A DNA stretch of 64,000 nucleotides, taken from Bacteroidales bacterium. Its GTDB lineage: Bacteria; Bacteroidota; Bacteroidia; Bacteroidales; UBA10428. The notes below the pieces were generated by a model. The model had not been told where the DNA came from and made no database searches. It worked only from the letters and a program-made list of their open reading frames with translations. The position numbers and the translations under genes are program-made. Shown in pieces: positions 37,881 to 47,074 of the stretch. Positions within the stretch are counted from its first letter, which is position 1, and each line of letters opens with the position of its first letter. The stretch is from the NCBI GenBank assembly GCA_016935355.1, contig JAFGRC010000104.1, positions 22,874-86,873 of the forward strand, in the 5' to 3' direction.

Positions 37881-38102
37881 TGCTGATGCGGTCTCTTGGT
37901 CCCGTGGTCTGATCAAAGGCACAGAACTTTCAGCTAAAACTTTCCTGAATTTCTTTAACCTGCTTTCATCCATCCACCGTATTCTTTTGTCAATATTATC
38001 AGGTTGTTGCCTGAAATATTCCGCCTCCGGTTTACCTGGTACTGCAAGGAATGAACAATTTTTCAAACAATTGTAACATTGATTGCATTCCGGAGTATAC
38101 AT
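37869..38102 (-). CDS. possible small Cys-rich protein (CX2CX2CX3C motif), hypothetical
   Basis: 77-aa ORF. The N-terminus MYTPECNQCYNCLKNCSF carries a ferredoxin-like cysteine spacing and the remainder is basic and helical. It is convergent with the receiver gene and overlaps it by 12 nt. Coding status is uncertain. Confidence 0.3.
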   Translation of the reverse strand: MYTPECNQCYNCLKNCSFLAVPGKPEAEYFRQQPDNIDKRIRWMDESRLKKFRKVLAESSVPLIRPRDQETASALEN

Positions 38103-38183
38103 GTCTTATAAACGTTTTCATTACCCGCAGATGAGGTTTGTTTAATATCATCCTGATGATACTATCGAAATATTCATTATTTT

Positions 38184-38191
38184 TAGATTTG
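38184..38191 (+). promoter_or_regulatory. candidate -7 promoter box (TAGATTTG)
   Basis: Exact TAnnTTTG match 28 nt upstream of the ATG at 38219. Confidence 0.4.
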
Positions 38192-38218
38192 TTCAGAATT
38201 TAATTCCAAAACACTGCA

Positions 38219-40498
38219 ATGGACAAAAAACAAAGAAAAGAAGTTACGGTGCAATATACAGTTATCGCCGCAATTACCTCCGTTATTTTCCTGATAGCCG
38301 CATTCTTTCTCAGTTCTTTATCAGACGGAAATATGACAGGTTCATTCGGGGCAAATCTCATCCGTTTCATTAACCAGCCGTACTTCTGGATCATTCTGCT
38401 TCTCGTGATACTTGTGCCGTTTTTTGCATTTTTTGTTGCATACCGGCTGACAGGTCAGATTCAGATACTTCAAAAGACCATCGCTCATGAACATGAGCGG
38501 ATGCATCAAATCAGCAAATTTATACAGGATTTGATACAGGAGGATTTTTCAGCTGACCTGCAACTGACCGGGGAAAACGATATACTTGGTTTGTCACTGG
38601 TAAACCTGCGGGATACCCTCAGAAACAATAAGGAAGATGAAATCAAAAGAAGGGAGGAAGAAAACAGGCGCAACTGGCTTGCGGAAGCTATGGCGCATTT
38701 CGGTGAACTGCTCAGGAATCACGTGAATGATCTGGAAAGATTATCTTATCAGGTATTAAAAGATCTCACCAAATATATTAATGCTGTTCAGGGCGGATTT
38801 TATATGCTGGATGACACGGATCCGGCAAACCGGTTTTTTACTCTTACGGCATTTTTTGCATATGACCGGCGCAAATTTGCAGATCAGCAGATTAAGTGGG
38901 GAGATGGACTGATCGGAACATGCGCGTTTGAAAAAAAGACCATCCATATTAAGAAGGTTCCTGAGAGTTATATCCGCGTCACTTCAGGGCTGGGCTATAC
39001 CAAACCGACAAGCATTTTACTGGAACCCATGCTTCATGAAAATGAGGTTTATGGCGTACTGGAATTTGCCACTCTGGAATCGTTTACGGAAGATCATATT
39101 AAACTTATCGAAAGAGTCGCCAGTAATATCGGATCAACGCTGGCCACCATCAAAAACAACGTACATACGGCCAGGTTACTTGAAGATTCAAAGGCACAGG
39201 CTCAACTGCTTTCATCCCAGGAAGAGGAGATGAGGCAGAATATGGAAGAGCTGAAAGCAACACAGGAGGAGGCTGCCCGACAGGCAGAACAATCCATGGC
39301 TCTTGAAAATGCGCTCAACCGGACACTGATCAAGGCAGTGTTTAATGTTGACGGTATACTGCTTCAGGCCAACAAGCTCTTTCTGGAAAAATTCCAGTAC
39401 AGGTCTTTTCCGGAAATTGAAGGAAAGCATCTATCCGATCTGATCGATACAAATGAGAAGGAAAGTTTTAAGAAGATCTGGAATGATGTTGTCGGCAAAG
39501 ACGATCATTTTGAAGGCAAAATCAAGTATCTGACCAGTTCGGGTAAAGGGCTGTGGACCTTGACCACGTTGTCGGGTATCAGACAGGACAACGAAACGGC
39601 GCAAAAGGTTATGCTCCTGGCTGTTGATAATTCCGCAGAATACCAGAAAAATTTAAAGCATGAACTGATTGCGGAAACAATTGAGAGTATCGGAATTAAA
39701 ATGGAAATGGACATTCATGGAACAATACTGGCATGTAATGGTAATTTTAGCAGGCTTGCGGGAATTGCTGCAAAAGATAACAATTCTGTGACCATTTTTG
39801 ATCTGATCGATCATATTGATCATGAAGGTTTTGTTAAACGCTGGGAGTCCATTATCAAAGGCACTGATTACGAAGGTCAGGTGAAGATCAAATCAAAAAA
39901 CGGTGAAGAAAAATGGATAAAGGGTGTATTTGGAGGTTTGAACGATTTGGATCATCAGATCGACCACGTCATTTTTACCGGCAATGATGTTACCTGTGAA
40001 AAGAACCTTGAAACGGAGCACCGTAATTTTGCAGACAAATTGAAAAAACAGGAAAAAATGCTTCGGGATGCTGAGCGTGAAGCCACGGGGAAAATCCGTG
40101 AGGCAAGAGCTGAAATGCTGAATCAATACAAAGAGATCCTTGAGACGAATGAAAGAAATGAGGCCTTGCTGGAAAGCACGTCGGATGCCATTATCATAAC
40201 ACGCAGCGATAACAGGATTGTCTTTTTTAATAAAGCTGCCGAGGATCTGTGGGGCTATAACAGATCAGAAGTACTCAGTCAGAATGTCGGAATGCTTTTC
40301 ACGGATGCTTTGATCGAGCAGGATGACTTTTTATCGAGGTATGCGGGACCCGGCGACATTAAAATCACAGGCATCGGAAAAGAGGTTAATATTGCGGACA
40401 AACGGGGAGTTGAAAAACCTGTCATATTTATAATTTCAAAAGCAAAGATCAATCAGGAGAATGTTTACCTGGCATGCATCCGTAAAAAGCAGACCTGA
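38219..40498 (+). CDS. membrane-anchored GAF + multi-PAS sensor protein without a recognisable output domain
   Basis: 759-aa ORF with two N-terminal TM helices and a GAF domain (~170-315; ...VYGVLEFATLESFTEDHIKLIERVASNIGSTLA). Coiled coils and several PAS-like modules follow, the last being SDAIIITRSDNRIVFFNKAAEDLWGY. No HisKA, HATPase, GGDEF or HTH domain was seen. Confidence 0.8.
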   Translation: MDKKQRKEVTVQYTVIAAITSVIFLIAAFFLSSLSDGNMTGSFGANLIRFINQPYFWIILLLVILVPFFAFFVAYRLTGQIQILQKTIAHEHERMHQISKFIQDLIQEDFSADLQLTGENDILGLSLVNLRDTLRNNKEDEIKRREEENRRNWLAEAMAHFGELLRNHVNDLERLSYQVLKDLTKYINAVQGGFYMLDDTDPANRFFTLTAFFAYDRRKFADQQIKWGDGLIGTCAFEKKTIHIKKVPESYIRVTSGLGYTKPTSILLEPMLHENEVYGVLEFATLESFTEDHIKLIERVASNIGSTLATIKNNVHTARLLEDSKAQAQLLSSQEEEMRQNMEELKATQEEAARQAEQSMALENALNRTLIKAVFNVDGILLQANKLFLEKFQYRSFPEIEGKHLSDLIDTNEKESFKKIWNDVVGKDDHFEGKIKYLTSSGKGLWTLTTLSGIRQDNETAQKVMLLAVDNSAEYQKNLKHELIAETIESIGIKMEMDIHGTILACNGNFSRLAGIAAKDNNSVTIFDLIDHIDHEGFVKRWESIIKGTDYEGQVKIKSKNGEEKWIKGVFGGLNDLDHQIDHVIFTGNDVTCEKNLETEHRNFADKLKKQEKMLRDAEREATGKIREARAEMLNQYKEILETNERNEALLESTSDAIIITRSDNRIVFFNKAAEDLWGYNRSEVLSQNVGMLFTDALIEQDDFLSRYAGPGDIKITGIGKEVNIADKRGVEKPVIFIISKAKINQENVYLACIRKKQT

Positions 40499-40564
40499 AT
40501 ACATTTTTACAACATATATCAATAGCTGGCATGTTTTAATCATCCGTACCGACTGAACCAGGAA

Positions 40565-42220
40565 ATGGGAATTGGCAACAGAAGAAAAGAAATAAAGGAT
40601 CTCAGGCAATTGGCCGTGATGCTCGAGGAAGAAAACAGGAGACTCAAGAGCATACTGGGCGGAATTTATGCCGGAGGTGACTCTCAGTCAGACCTCCAGG
40701 TCCTTCTTAAAGTCCTTGAAATTTGTGGAACCGGATTCATAATAAAACCTTTCGGACATACAAATGTCATCCTGTCTCCCAGAGCAGCGGAAATACTTGG
40801 TTTAAGAACGGAGCATGACATTTCGGTTGATGTGATCAAAAACCTGATCCCTCCGGAAGACCGGATTTTTTTTGATAAAGCCCTGATCAATGCCGAAAGG
40901 CAGGACAAATATTCTGAGATGGAATTCAAAATTGCCAGAACGGAACCAGAAGGAAGGGAATTCAGAATCATTGCCCTGCAAGTGGATACCTTAAGATACC
41001 ATGAAGAAAACAGAACGGATGCCGTGATTTTTACCGTAACGGACGTTACCGGACAGGACAAAATAAAAAGAGACCTGTTAAAAGCCAGGGAGAAGGCTGA
41101 TGATCTTGAAAAAAACAAGAGTATGCTGCTGAAACACATATCGCATGAGATCAGAACACCGATGAATGCAATTATCGGTTACAGTGAGCTGCTTAATATC
41201 GGAAACATGTCGTATGATCAAAGGATAGAATACGTAAACACCATCAAAGAACAGGGGCTTTACCTGCTCAGACTGATCGACGATATGTCTGAATTTGCCA
41301 GGATGGAAACGGGCAAGGTACGGATCAACAAATCACCCTGTAATATTGAATTGCTGCTGAATGAAGTAGTGACGATCTGCAACCGGCATAAAGCCATCAG
41401 CAACAAATCCCACCTCGTGATCAGCGTGAATTACCCTGAAGAAAGGGAAATTGTTACCTATACGGATTCAGGAAGGCTTCAACAGCTCATCATAGGTCTG
41501 GTCAGGCATTCCATCAATCATACAACAAAAGGATTCATTGAAATTGGATATCGATATGGTACTGAAAATAAAATTGAATTTTATATAAAAGATACCAGTG
41601 CAGGACGTTCACGTGACCAGATCAGGAAGAGTTTTACAGACGAACTGACTTACTTTGGCAAGTATGAAGGTTCCGGACTTGAGCTGACCATATCCCGGAA
41701 TCTTGTAAAACTTCTCGGCGGAAAAATGTGGATTGAATCGGTCCCGGATCAGGGATCCACCTATTCATTCACCATACCTTATGAAGAGGTGCCCGATACT
41801 TATCACGAGGTGCTGCCGGAGGAAGAATTCAGGATCCCGCCTTACAGATGGAAAGACAAGGTGGTGTTGATCGTTGAGGATGAGGATGTAAATTTCAAAT
41901 TTCTGGAAGCGGTCCTGCATGAAACGGATGTGCAGATTCTGAGGGCCAATACCGGACTGCAGGCAATAGAACTTTGCCGGTCAAGTATTAAAATTGATCT
42001 CATTCTGATGGATATTAAATTACCCGGACTGAACGGTCTGGAAGCGACAAAAAAAATACGTGAATTCAATCAGGAGACTCCCATAATTGCACAATCCGCC
42101 TTTATTCTGGAAGATGAAAGGGACGTCTGTCTTGAAGTGGGAATAAATGATTATATAGACAAGCCCATAAACATAAAAGAATTCTTTGAAAAAGTAGATA
42201 AATTTCTAAGGGAATCCTGA
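40565..42220 (+). CDS. hybrid sensor histidine kinase / response regulator (coiled coil-PAS-HisKA-HATPase-REC)
   Basis: 551-aa ORF with H-box ISHEIRTPMNAIIGYSELL, N/G boxes (...GSGLELTISRNLVKLLGG) and a C-terminal receiver (VLIVEDEDVN...DLILMDIKLPGLNG...KP). Confidence 0.9.
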   Translation: MGIGNRRKEIKDLRQLAVMLEEENRRLKSILGGIYAGGDSQSDLQVLLKVLEICGTGFIIKPFGHTNVILSPRAAEILGLRTEHDISVDVIKNLIPPEDRIFFDKALINAERQDKYSEMEFKIARTEPEGREFRIIALQVDTLRYHEENRTDAVIFTVTDVTGQDKIKRDLLKAREKADDLEKNKSMLLKHISHEIRTPMNAIIGYSELLNIGNMSYDQRIEYVNTIKEQGLYLLRLIDDMSEFARMETGKVRINKSPCNIELLLNEVVTICNRHKAISNKSHLVISVNYPEEREIVTYTDSGRLQQLIIGLVRHSINHTTKGFIEIGYRYGTENKIEFYIKDTSAGRSRDQIRKSFTDELTYFGKYEGSGLELTISRNLVKLLGGKMWIESVPDQGSTYSFTIPYEEVPDTYHEVLPEEEFRIPPYRWKDKVVLIVEDEDVNFKFLEAVLHETDVQILRANTGLQAIELCRSSIKIDLILMDIKLPGLNGLEATKKIREFNQETPIIAQSAFILEDERDVCLEVGINDYIDKPINIKEFFEKVDKFLRES

Positions 42221-42250
42221 AGTATATGCCGGATATGTCCTGTTGAAAAT

Positions 42251-42805
42251 CTAATTATTCAGCCAGTCAAGGATCTCATCTGAATTCGGATTTTTCCGCG
42301 GAGGAACCATGCCGATAAGATTTCCGGCTTCATCAATCATATATTTCTGGAAATTCCAGGATACCTCGGAATCCATCACACCATTCAGTTCCTTACTGGT
42401 CAGCCACTCATAAAGGGGATGAATGTCTTTCCCCCTGACTGAGATCTTCGACATCATCGGAAATGTAACACCATAATTAAGCTGGCAGAAGGCTTTAATT
42501 TCCTCGTCCGTACCCGGTTCCTGTCCCAGAAAGTCGTTTGCGGGAAAACCGACCACAACAAAATTACGGTTACCGTATTCCTTGTAAAGTTTCTCAAGGT
42601 CTGCGTACTGCGGTGTAAAACCGCATTTGGAGGCAGTATTTACCACCAGCACTTTTTTCCCGACCAGAGAACCCAGGTCAAACACGTTCCCGTCGATATC
42701 GGTTACCTGAAAATCATGGAATGATTTGTATTCCTGCGGACTGGCCGTAACAAAAAAGAGTCCGGCCAAAACCATCATAAATATTCTGTTTTTCATTGCA
42801 GGCAA
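42251..42805 (-). CDS. glutathione peroxidase (Cys-type), secreted/periplasmic
   Basis: 184-aa ORF with a signal peptide, an active site VVNTASKCGFTPQY (Cys codon, not TGA), and the FPANDFLGQEPG and WNFQKY motifs. Confidence 0.9.
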   Translation of the reverse strand: MPAMKNRIFMMVLAGLFFVTASPQEYKSFHDFQVTDIDGNVFDLGSLVGKKVLVVNTASKCGFTPQYADLEKLYKEYGNRNFVVVGFPANDFLGQEPGTDEEIKAFCQLNYGVTFPMMSKISVRGKDIHPLYEWLTSKELNGVMDSEVSWNFQKYMIDEAGNLIGMVPPRKNPNSDEILDWLNN

Positions 42806-42896
42806 TATTATTGAGTTATATTCTTTACACCATTCTTAACACGATTGAAGTTAAAAAGTTCATTGAAACGGATCAGTATTTTTGTTTGTGCCGGCA

Positions 42897-43319
42897 TCAT
42901 GATGCGTCATTGCACTTCATTTCAGGTCTGGTATTTTTTCCATCTTCGGCTCTTCTGTGCAGCAGTCCCCGGATATTCAAGAACAACGAAACAGCCAGAG
43001 CTGCAAAGAAAGATATCAACGTTACGGCATCCACCATATCCTGCAGGACTGACAAACCAAACAGCCGACTGAGCATATAAGAGATATAGGATAGGGGTAA
43101 ATCCTGATGCCCAAGTTTTTCAAGAATACGAAAATGCCATTCGGTGAGCGGACAGTATCCCCATCCATAAAATATGCCCAGTCCGAACCAGGAAACACCT
43201 GTTAGTAAAAGAGTGGCCAAATTCCATTTTCGCGCTGCCGGATGGATCCACCCGAATAAATTAAACAACGTCAGAATGGAATGGAAACATAAAAAAAATA
43301 TATCAGCCAGTCTTAACAT
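42897..43319 (-). CDS. DUF2784-like small membrane protein
   Basis: 140-aa ORF with 4 hydrophobic helices. The motif GWGYCPLTEWHFRIL matches my memory of DUF2784. Confidence 0.5.
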   Translation of the reverse strand: MLRLADIFFLCFHSILTLFNLFGWIHPAARKWNLATLLLTGVSWFGLGIFYGWGYCPLTEWHFRILEKLGHQDLPLSYISYMLSRLFGLSVLQDMVDAVTLISFFAALAVSLFLNIRGLLHRRAEDGKNTRPEMKCNDAS

Positions 43320-43342
43320 ATCTCTTTTTTCTTGTTAAATTA

Positions 43343-43636
43343 GTGAATCATAAAATGAAAGACAACAAGAGACACGTCAATATTACAATTTCGGGATTGG
43401 TACAGGGCGTGGGCTTCCGCTATGCAGCATCGATTGCTGCCAGTCGCTTGGGAATCGATGGTTTTATCAAAAACCTGCAAAATGGTGATGTATACGTGGA
43501 GGCCGAGGGCGAAAGGGGTACACTGGACGAGTTCATCCGATGGTGTAAGAGCGGACCGCTCCATGCCAGGGTTGACAACGCATCTGTATCTGAAGGTGAA
43601 TTCAGGAATTTCAAACTTTTTGAGATCAGGTCCTGA
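43343..43636 (+). CDS. acyP: acylphosphatase
   Basis: 97-aa ORF. ISGLVQGVGFRY...GFIKNLQNGDVYVEAEG...GP..ARV is the acylphosphatase signature. The start could be the ATG at 43355. Confidence 0.85.
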   Translation: MNHKMKDNKRHVNITISGLVQGVGFRYAASIAASRLGIDGFIKNLQNGDVYVEAEGERGTLDEFIRWCKSGPLHARVDNASVSEGEFRNFKLFEIRS

Positions 43637-43646
43637 AACAATTCTG

Positions 43647-44471
43647 TTAAATTTCTCCGATTGAGTTCTTCAGGACCCACCCCCTGTTGCCATTGGCCAG
43701 TTTTATTTCCCTCCAGTTTTGCAAGCTGTCCATGATTTCAACCTTCGTACCTTCATGCAACACAAACACACTGGTACCCATCTCATCCGGAGAGCTTTTG
43801 ACGTCAACGGACAAGTCCATTACAACTGCTTTGTCGTTCTGCACAATATAATTCTTCCTTGATATACTGAACACATACAACAATCCTGACAGGAATAAGG
43901 CCATCAATCCAAACGGCAACAGATATTTTCCGGTCCTGGCCGAATTTAAAACCAGCGTGCGCCAAAAGAAGAGCACCAGGGAAATCAGAAAAAGCAAAAT
44001 ACTGAAAACAGCCCACACATCAGGAGAGAAAAGGTTTACAATCAGCCTCCACCATCGACTCAGAAAAAAAACAGGAATGGTTTCCACCTGATCCACGATC
44101 AGCATATTTGCCATTTCCAGGTTGTTTCTGATGTCTTCATCATAGGGCGACAATTCCAGCGCCTTTTCATAATACAGTATGGCTCCGGAGAGCCGGTTCA
44201 GCTTATAATATGCATTACCCAGATTATAATACAGTTCACCCGATTCGTAACCGGCATCAACAACAGACCGGTAAATAGCAGCAGCCTGATCAAATTCAAG
44301 ATTTATGTAATGCTGATTTGCCTTCGATATCAGCGAATCGACAGGACTGGCGTTTATCATTGCGGGACGGGCCAAAATGAGGATGGCTGTCAAAAAAATA
44401 ATATACCACTGTTTTTTAAAAAACACCTGGCTGGTGATCATCACCGGTGATCGATAATGGCGTATATTCAT
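43647..44471 (-). CDS. batE: BatE-like protein (TPR + TM helices + C-terminal SH3b)
   Basis: 274-aa ORF and the last gene of the Bat string. It has TPR units, several TM helices and an SH3-like end (WREIKLANGNRGWVLKNSIGEI). Confidence 0.7.
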   Translation of the reverse strand: MNIRHYRSPVMITSQVFFKKQWYIIFLTAILILARPAMINASPVDSLISKANQHYINLEFDQAAAIYRSVVDAGYESGELYYNLGNAYYKLNRLSGAILYYEKALELSPYDEDIRNNLEMANMLIVDQVETIPVFFLSRWWRLIVNLFSPDVWAVFSILLFLISLVLFFWRTLVLNSARTGKYLLPFGLMALFLSGLLYVFSISRKNYIVQNDKAVVMDLSVDVKSSPDEMGTSVFVLHEGTKVEIMDSLQNWREIKLANGNRGWVLKNSIGEI

Positions 44472-46285
44472 CTCAGTTTCTGTTGAATTTTTGATATAAC
44501 ATCCAGCGCATCCTGGTAAACCTGTTTTATGCCCGAGTATTCCGCCACGGGAGTATATCGCGCTACCTCACATTCACCTGTTATTCTGAAGAATTCTTGG
44601 ATCAGCTCTTCTGCAACGTTTCGCATTCTCAGATGTTCCGTTGCGGTTTCTTTGGATAAACCCGCAAGCGGGATATTGAGTTTATCACTCAGATATCGCC
44701 ATAAAGCGACCAGAAGTCCGTCATAAAATTCCATATATTTTTCCTGCTCCATAAGCTCATTGCAATGCTTCAGCCTTTTCAGCGCATATTTATCAGCCTT
44801 GCGTTTTCTCACCTGAACGACATCAGCATTGTAAGCTTTTAAACGATTCCGGACCATTAGCAGGATGATGAACATGAAAAGAAAAGTACCCGATATGATA
44901 TAGTACAATAAGGATCCTGCGAAATATGAATCCTGCTCTGATAGCCGGAATGCTCTGGTTTTTATATAATGAATATCCTGGTTAAGCAATTGAATATCTT
45001 CCTTATAGATGCCAGAAATTACAGGAGACAGACTATCCCACTGACCCTTCTGTACATCCACTTTGTAAGATTGTGAAAAAAGAGTCCGGTATTCACTTGA
45101 AACAGGATCAAAATAGGTAAATTCTGCCGGAGGGATGACATATGTACCTGCATTTTGAGGGATGATTAGATATTCAAAAGTTTTTGTCCCCGATTTGGCA
45201 TTATCCATATTTGTATTGATGACCGGATCATACTTTTCGAGACCGGCAGGGACATCAACCTTTAGTTCATCCATCAGTTTAAGGTTACCTGTTCCTGAAA
45301 TCATATATTTCAGCGTGAGTGGCTCGTTGGTAGCGGTTTCAGTCCTGCTCAATGCAGATGAGAGCCTGAAATTTCCCACCGCACCTGTGAAAGAGCCCGG
45401 AGTACTATCCGGTAAAGGTTTTACCCTGATCCTGAGGGGTTTGCTTGAAAGTGTATACTGTACATTCTGCACCTCAGGAAAGAAAAAATCATCGAAAAAG
45501 GAATCGGCTATTCGTCTTCTAACTTCCTGACGTACAGAAACATCGACGCTAAACGATCCGATTGTGATTTCGCCTGCATGTTGCGGTATGATCACAAGCT
45601 GTCTGAGAATCCCTGTACCATAGATGTCTCCGTCGTATACTTCACGCTCAAGATTTCTTAAAGGCGGAACATCCACCGGTTCCATGAAAAATCCTGTAAA
45701 ATCAGGCCCCTTGAAAGCCAGGTCAACACCTGATAAATTGACCTGAGAATACAGTTTAATGGTAACCGTAATCTGTTCACCGATGTAAGCTTCTGTCTTG
45801 TCAGCGGTTAATCTGATAAACAAGCTGTTTTCATCGATTGAAGCCGGTTGTTCCGTACCGCTCCCTTCAGACTGGTTTTGCCGTGATGATGGTGCCTGAA
45901 CAGACACAACTTCAATCGAAACCGGATTCGAACGGTATATCTCGTTTTCGATTTTTGCAGAGGCCGCGGGAATTGTATACCTGCCCTCTTTTGTTGCCCG
46001 GAAAAAATAAGTATATTGATAAGTCGATGTTCTTGTGATCTTCCCGTTCACGACAGAAATGCTCTGGCTTTGTCCCTGACTCGGTCCACCAAGGAATTCA
46101 AAATCACGGATCTCCGGTAGTTCCAGTCCGGTAATTTGTTGATTGGCAGCATATATCAGGTTGAACTCCTCACCCGCATGCAAAACATCCGGGGTCGCAG
46201 TGGCCGTAAATTCAACCTCCTGTGCAAATGCACAGGTGTTGAAAAATACGGCAAGCATGATACCCAAAAACGTACGCATGATCAC
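44468..46285 (-). CDS. batD: BatD-like oxygen-tolerance protein
   Basis: 605-aa ORF with a signal peptide, repeated Ig-like modules, a single TM helix (LLYYIISGTFLFMFIILLMV) and a cytoplasmic tail. Its stop overlaps the batE start by 4 nt (44468-44471). Confidence 0.75.
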   Translation of the reverse strand: MIMRTFLGIMLAVFFNTCAFAQEVEFTATATPDVLHAGEEFNLIYAANQQITGLELPEIRDFEFLGGPSQGQSQSISVVNGKITRTSTYQYTYFFRATKEGRYTIPAASAKIENEIYRSNPVSIEVVSVQAPSSRQNQSEGSGTEQPASIDENSLFIRLTADKTEAYIGEQITVTIKLYSQVNLSGVDLAFKGPDFTGFFMEPVDVPPLRNLEREVYDGDIYGTGILRQLVIIPQHAGEITIGSFSVDVSVRQEVRRRIADSFFDDFFFPEVQNVQYTLSSKPLRIRVKPLPDSTPGSFTGAVGNFRLSSALSRTETATNEPLTLKYMISGTGNLKLMDELKVDVPAGLEKYDPVINTNMDNAKSGTKTFEYLIIPQNAGTYVIPPAEFTYFDPVSSEYRTLFSQSYKVDVQKGQWDSLSPVISGIYKEDIQLLNQDIHYIKTRAFRLSEQDSYFAGSLLYYIISGTFLFMFIILLMVRNRLKAYNADVVQVRKRKADKYALKRLKHCNELMEQEKYMEFYDGLLVALWRYLSDKLNIPLAGLSKETATEHLRMRNVAEELIQEFFRITGECEVARYTPVAEYSGIKQVYQDALDVISKIQQKLR

Positions 46286-46324
46286 GTATAATTATTTTTA
46301 CTTGTTTATGCAAAAAACTGATCT

Positions 46325-47068
46325 TTACCAGTTTTTTTCAACAGGAACCTTTTTTATCTGCATCTGCCGTTCCTGAACTTTTTTCAGGACATTCTTCTCT
46401 TCATTTTCAAGGGCCTGAAGCAACCTTTCCGCATCTTCGGGAGAAATCTGTCCCCGTGAAGATTGAGGAACATCCGCAGGATCTTTACGTTGTTCATCCT
46501 TTCCCGGGTCCTGCATATGCTGGTCCTCAACCGACTGCTGATCCTGCTGCTGGTTATTTTCAGGGTTACTGTCGCTTTGATTTTCCTCATCCCGGTTATC
46601 CCTCCTGTCCGGTCTTCCGGACTGGTTTTGTTCCTGTAACATCCTCAGTGCCATTTGCAGGTTATGCTTTGCATCCATATCGTCCGGTCTTATGAGCAGG
46701 GCATTTTTATAAGCCGAAACGCTTTCCGCGTATTTTTGGGATTTATAAAGTGAATTGCCCAGGTTATAAAAATATTTTGCACTTTCAGCAATGTCATCAG
46801 ACTGATGCAGAAGCATGTTATAACGTGAGGCAGCCGCTTCATACTGGTCCTGTTTATACATTGCATTTCCCAGGTTGTAATTTGCCTTTGCAGATCCGGA
46901 ATTTTTTTCGAGCGCCCTCCGGTAATTGATTTCCGCCTCATGGTAATGATGTTCCCTGAAATCCTTGTTGCCACGGCGCAGATATTTCTGTTCAACCTGG
47001 GCATATACCGCGGCACCGCACATAAAAAACAGCATGAATATGATTTTTTGACTTATCATTTTCTTCAC
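46325..47068 (-). CDS. batC: BatC-like TPR protein with an acidic/Gln-rich tail
   Basis: 247-aa ORF with a signal peptide, 3 TPR units and a low-complexity D/E/Q/N-rich C-terminus. Confidence 0.7.
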   Translation of the reverse strand: MKKMISQKIIFMLFFMCGAAVYAQVEQKYLRRGNKDFREHHYHEAEINYRRALEKNSGSAKANYNLGNAMYKQDQYEAAASRYNMLLHQSDDIAESAKYFYNLGNSLYKSQKYAESVSAYKNALLIRPDDMDAKHNLQMALRMLQEQNQSGRPDRRDNRDEENQSDSNPENNQQQDQQSVEDQHMQDPGKDEQRKDPADVPQSSRGQISPEDAERLLQALENEEKNVLKKVQERQMQIKKVPVEKNW

Positions 47069-47074
47069 AATACG

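Noticed and set aside
40684-41139. A 151-aa minus-strand ORF inside the hybrid histidine kinase.
   Set aside because: It is antisense to a gene with complete H, N and G boxes. The product is Ser/Leu/Ile/Arg-rich and looks like a shadow ORF.
38219-42220. The idea that the sensor and the hybrid kinase are one gene broken by a sequencing error (a pseudogene).
   Set aside because: Although both ORFs are in the same frame, two separate in-frame stops (TGA at 40496 and TAG at 40523) lie between them, and the kinase has its own ATG. A single error cannot rejoin them. I kept this as a finding about modular architecture rather than calling it a pseudogene.
42251-42805. Possible selenocysteine recoding in glutathione peroxidase.
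   Set aside because: The active-site residue is encoded by a normal Cys codon within an uninterrupted ORF (NTASKCGFTPQY). There is no in-frame TGA.
42796-43080. + strand ORFs of 94 and 75 aa overlapping the DUF2784-like gene and the gpx upstream region.
   Set aside because: They are antisense to a membrane-protein ORF with a coherent helix pattern. The products have no motifs.
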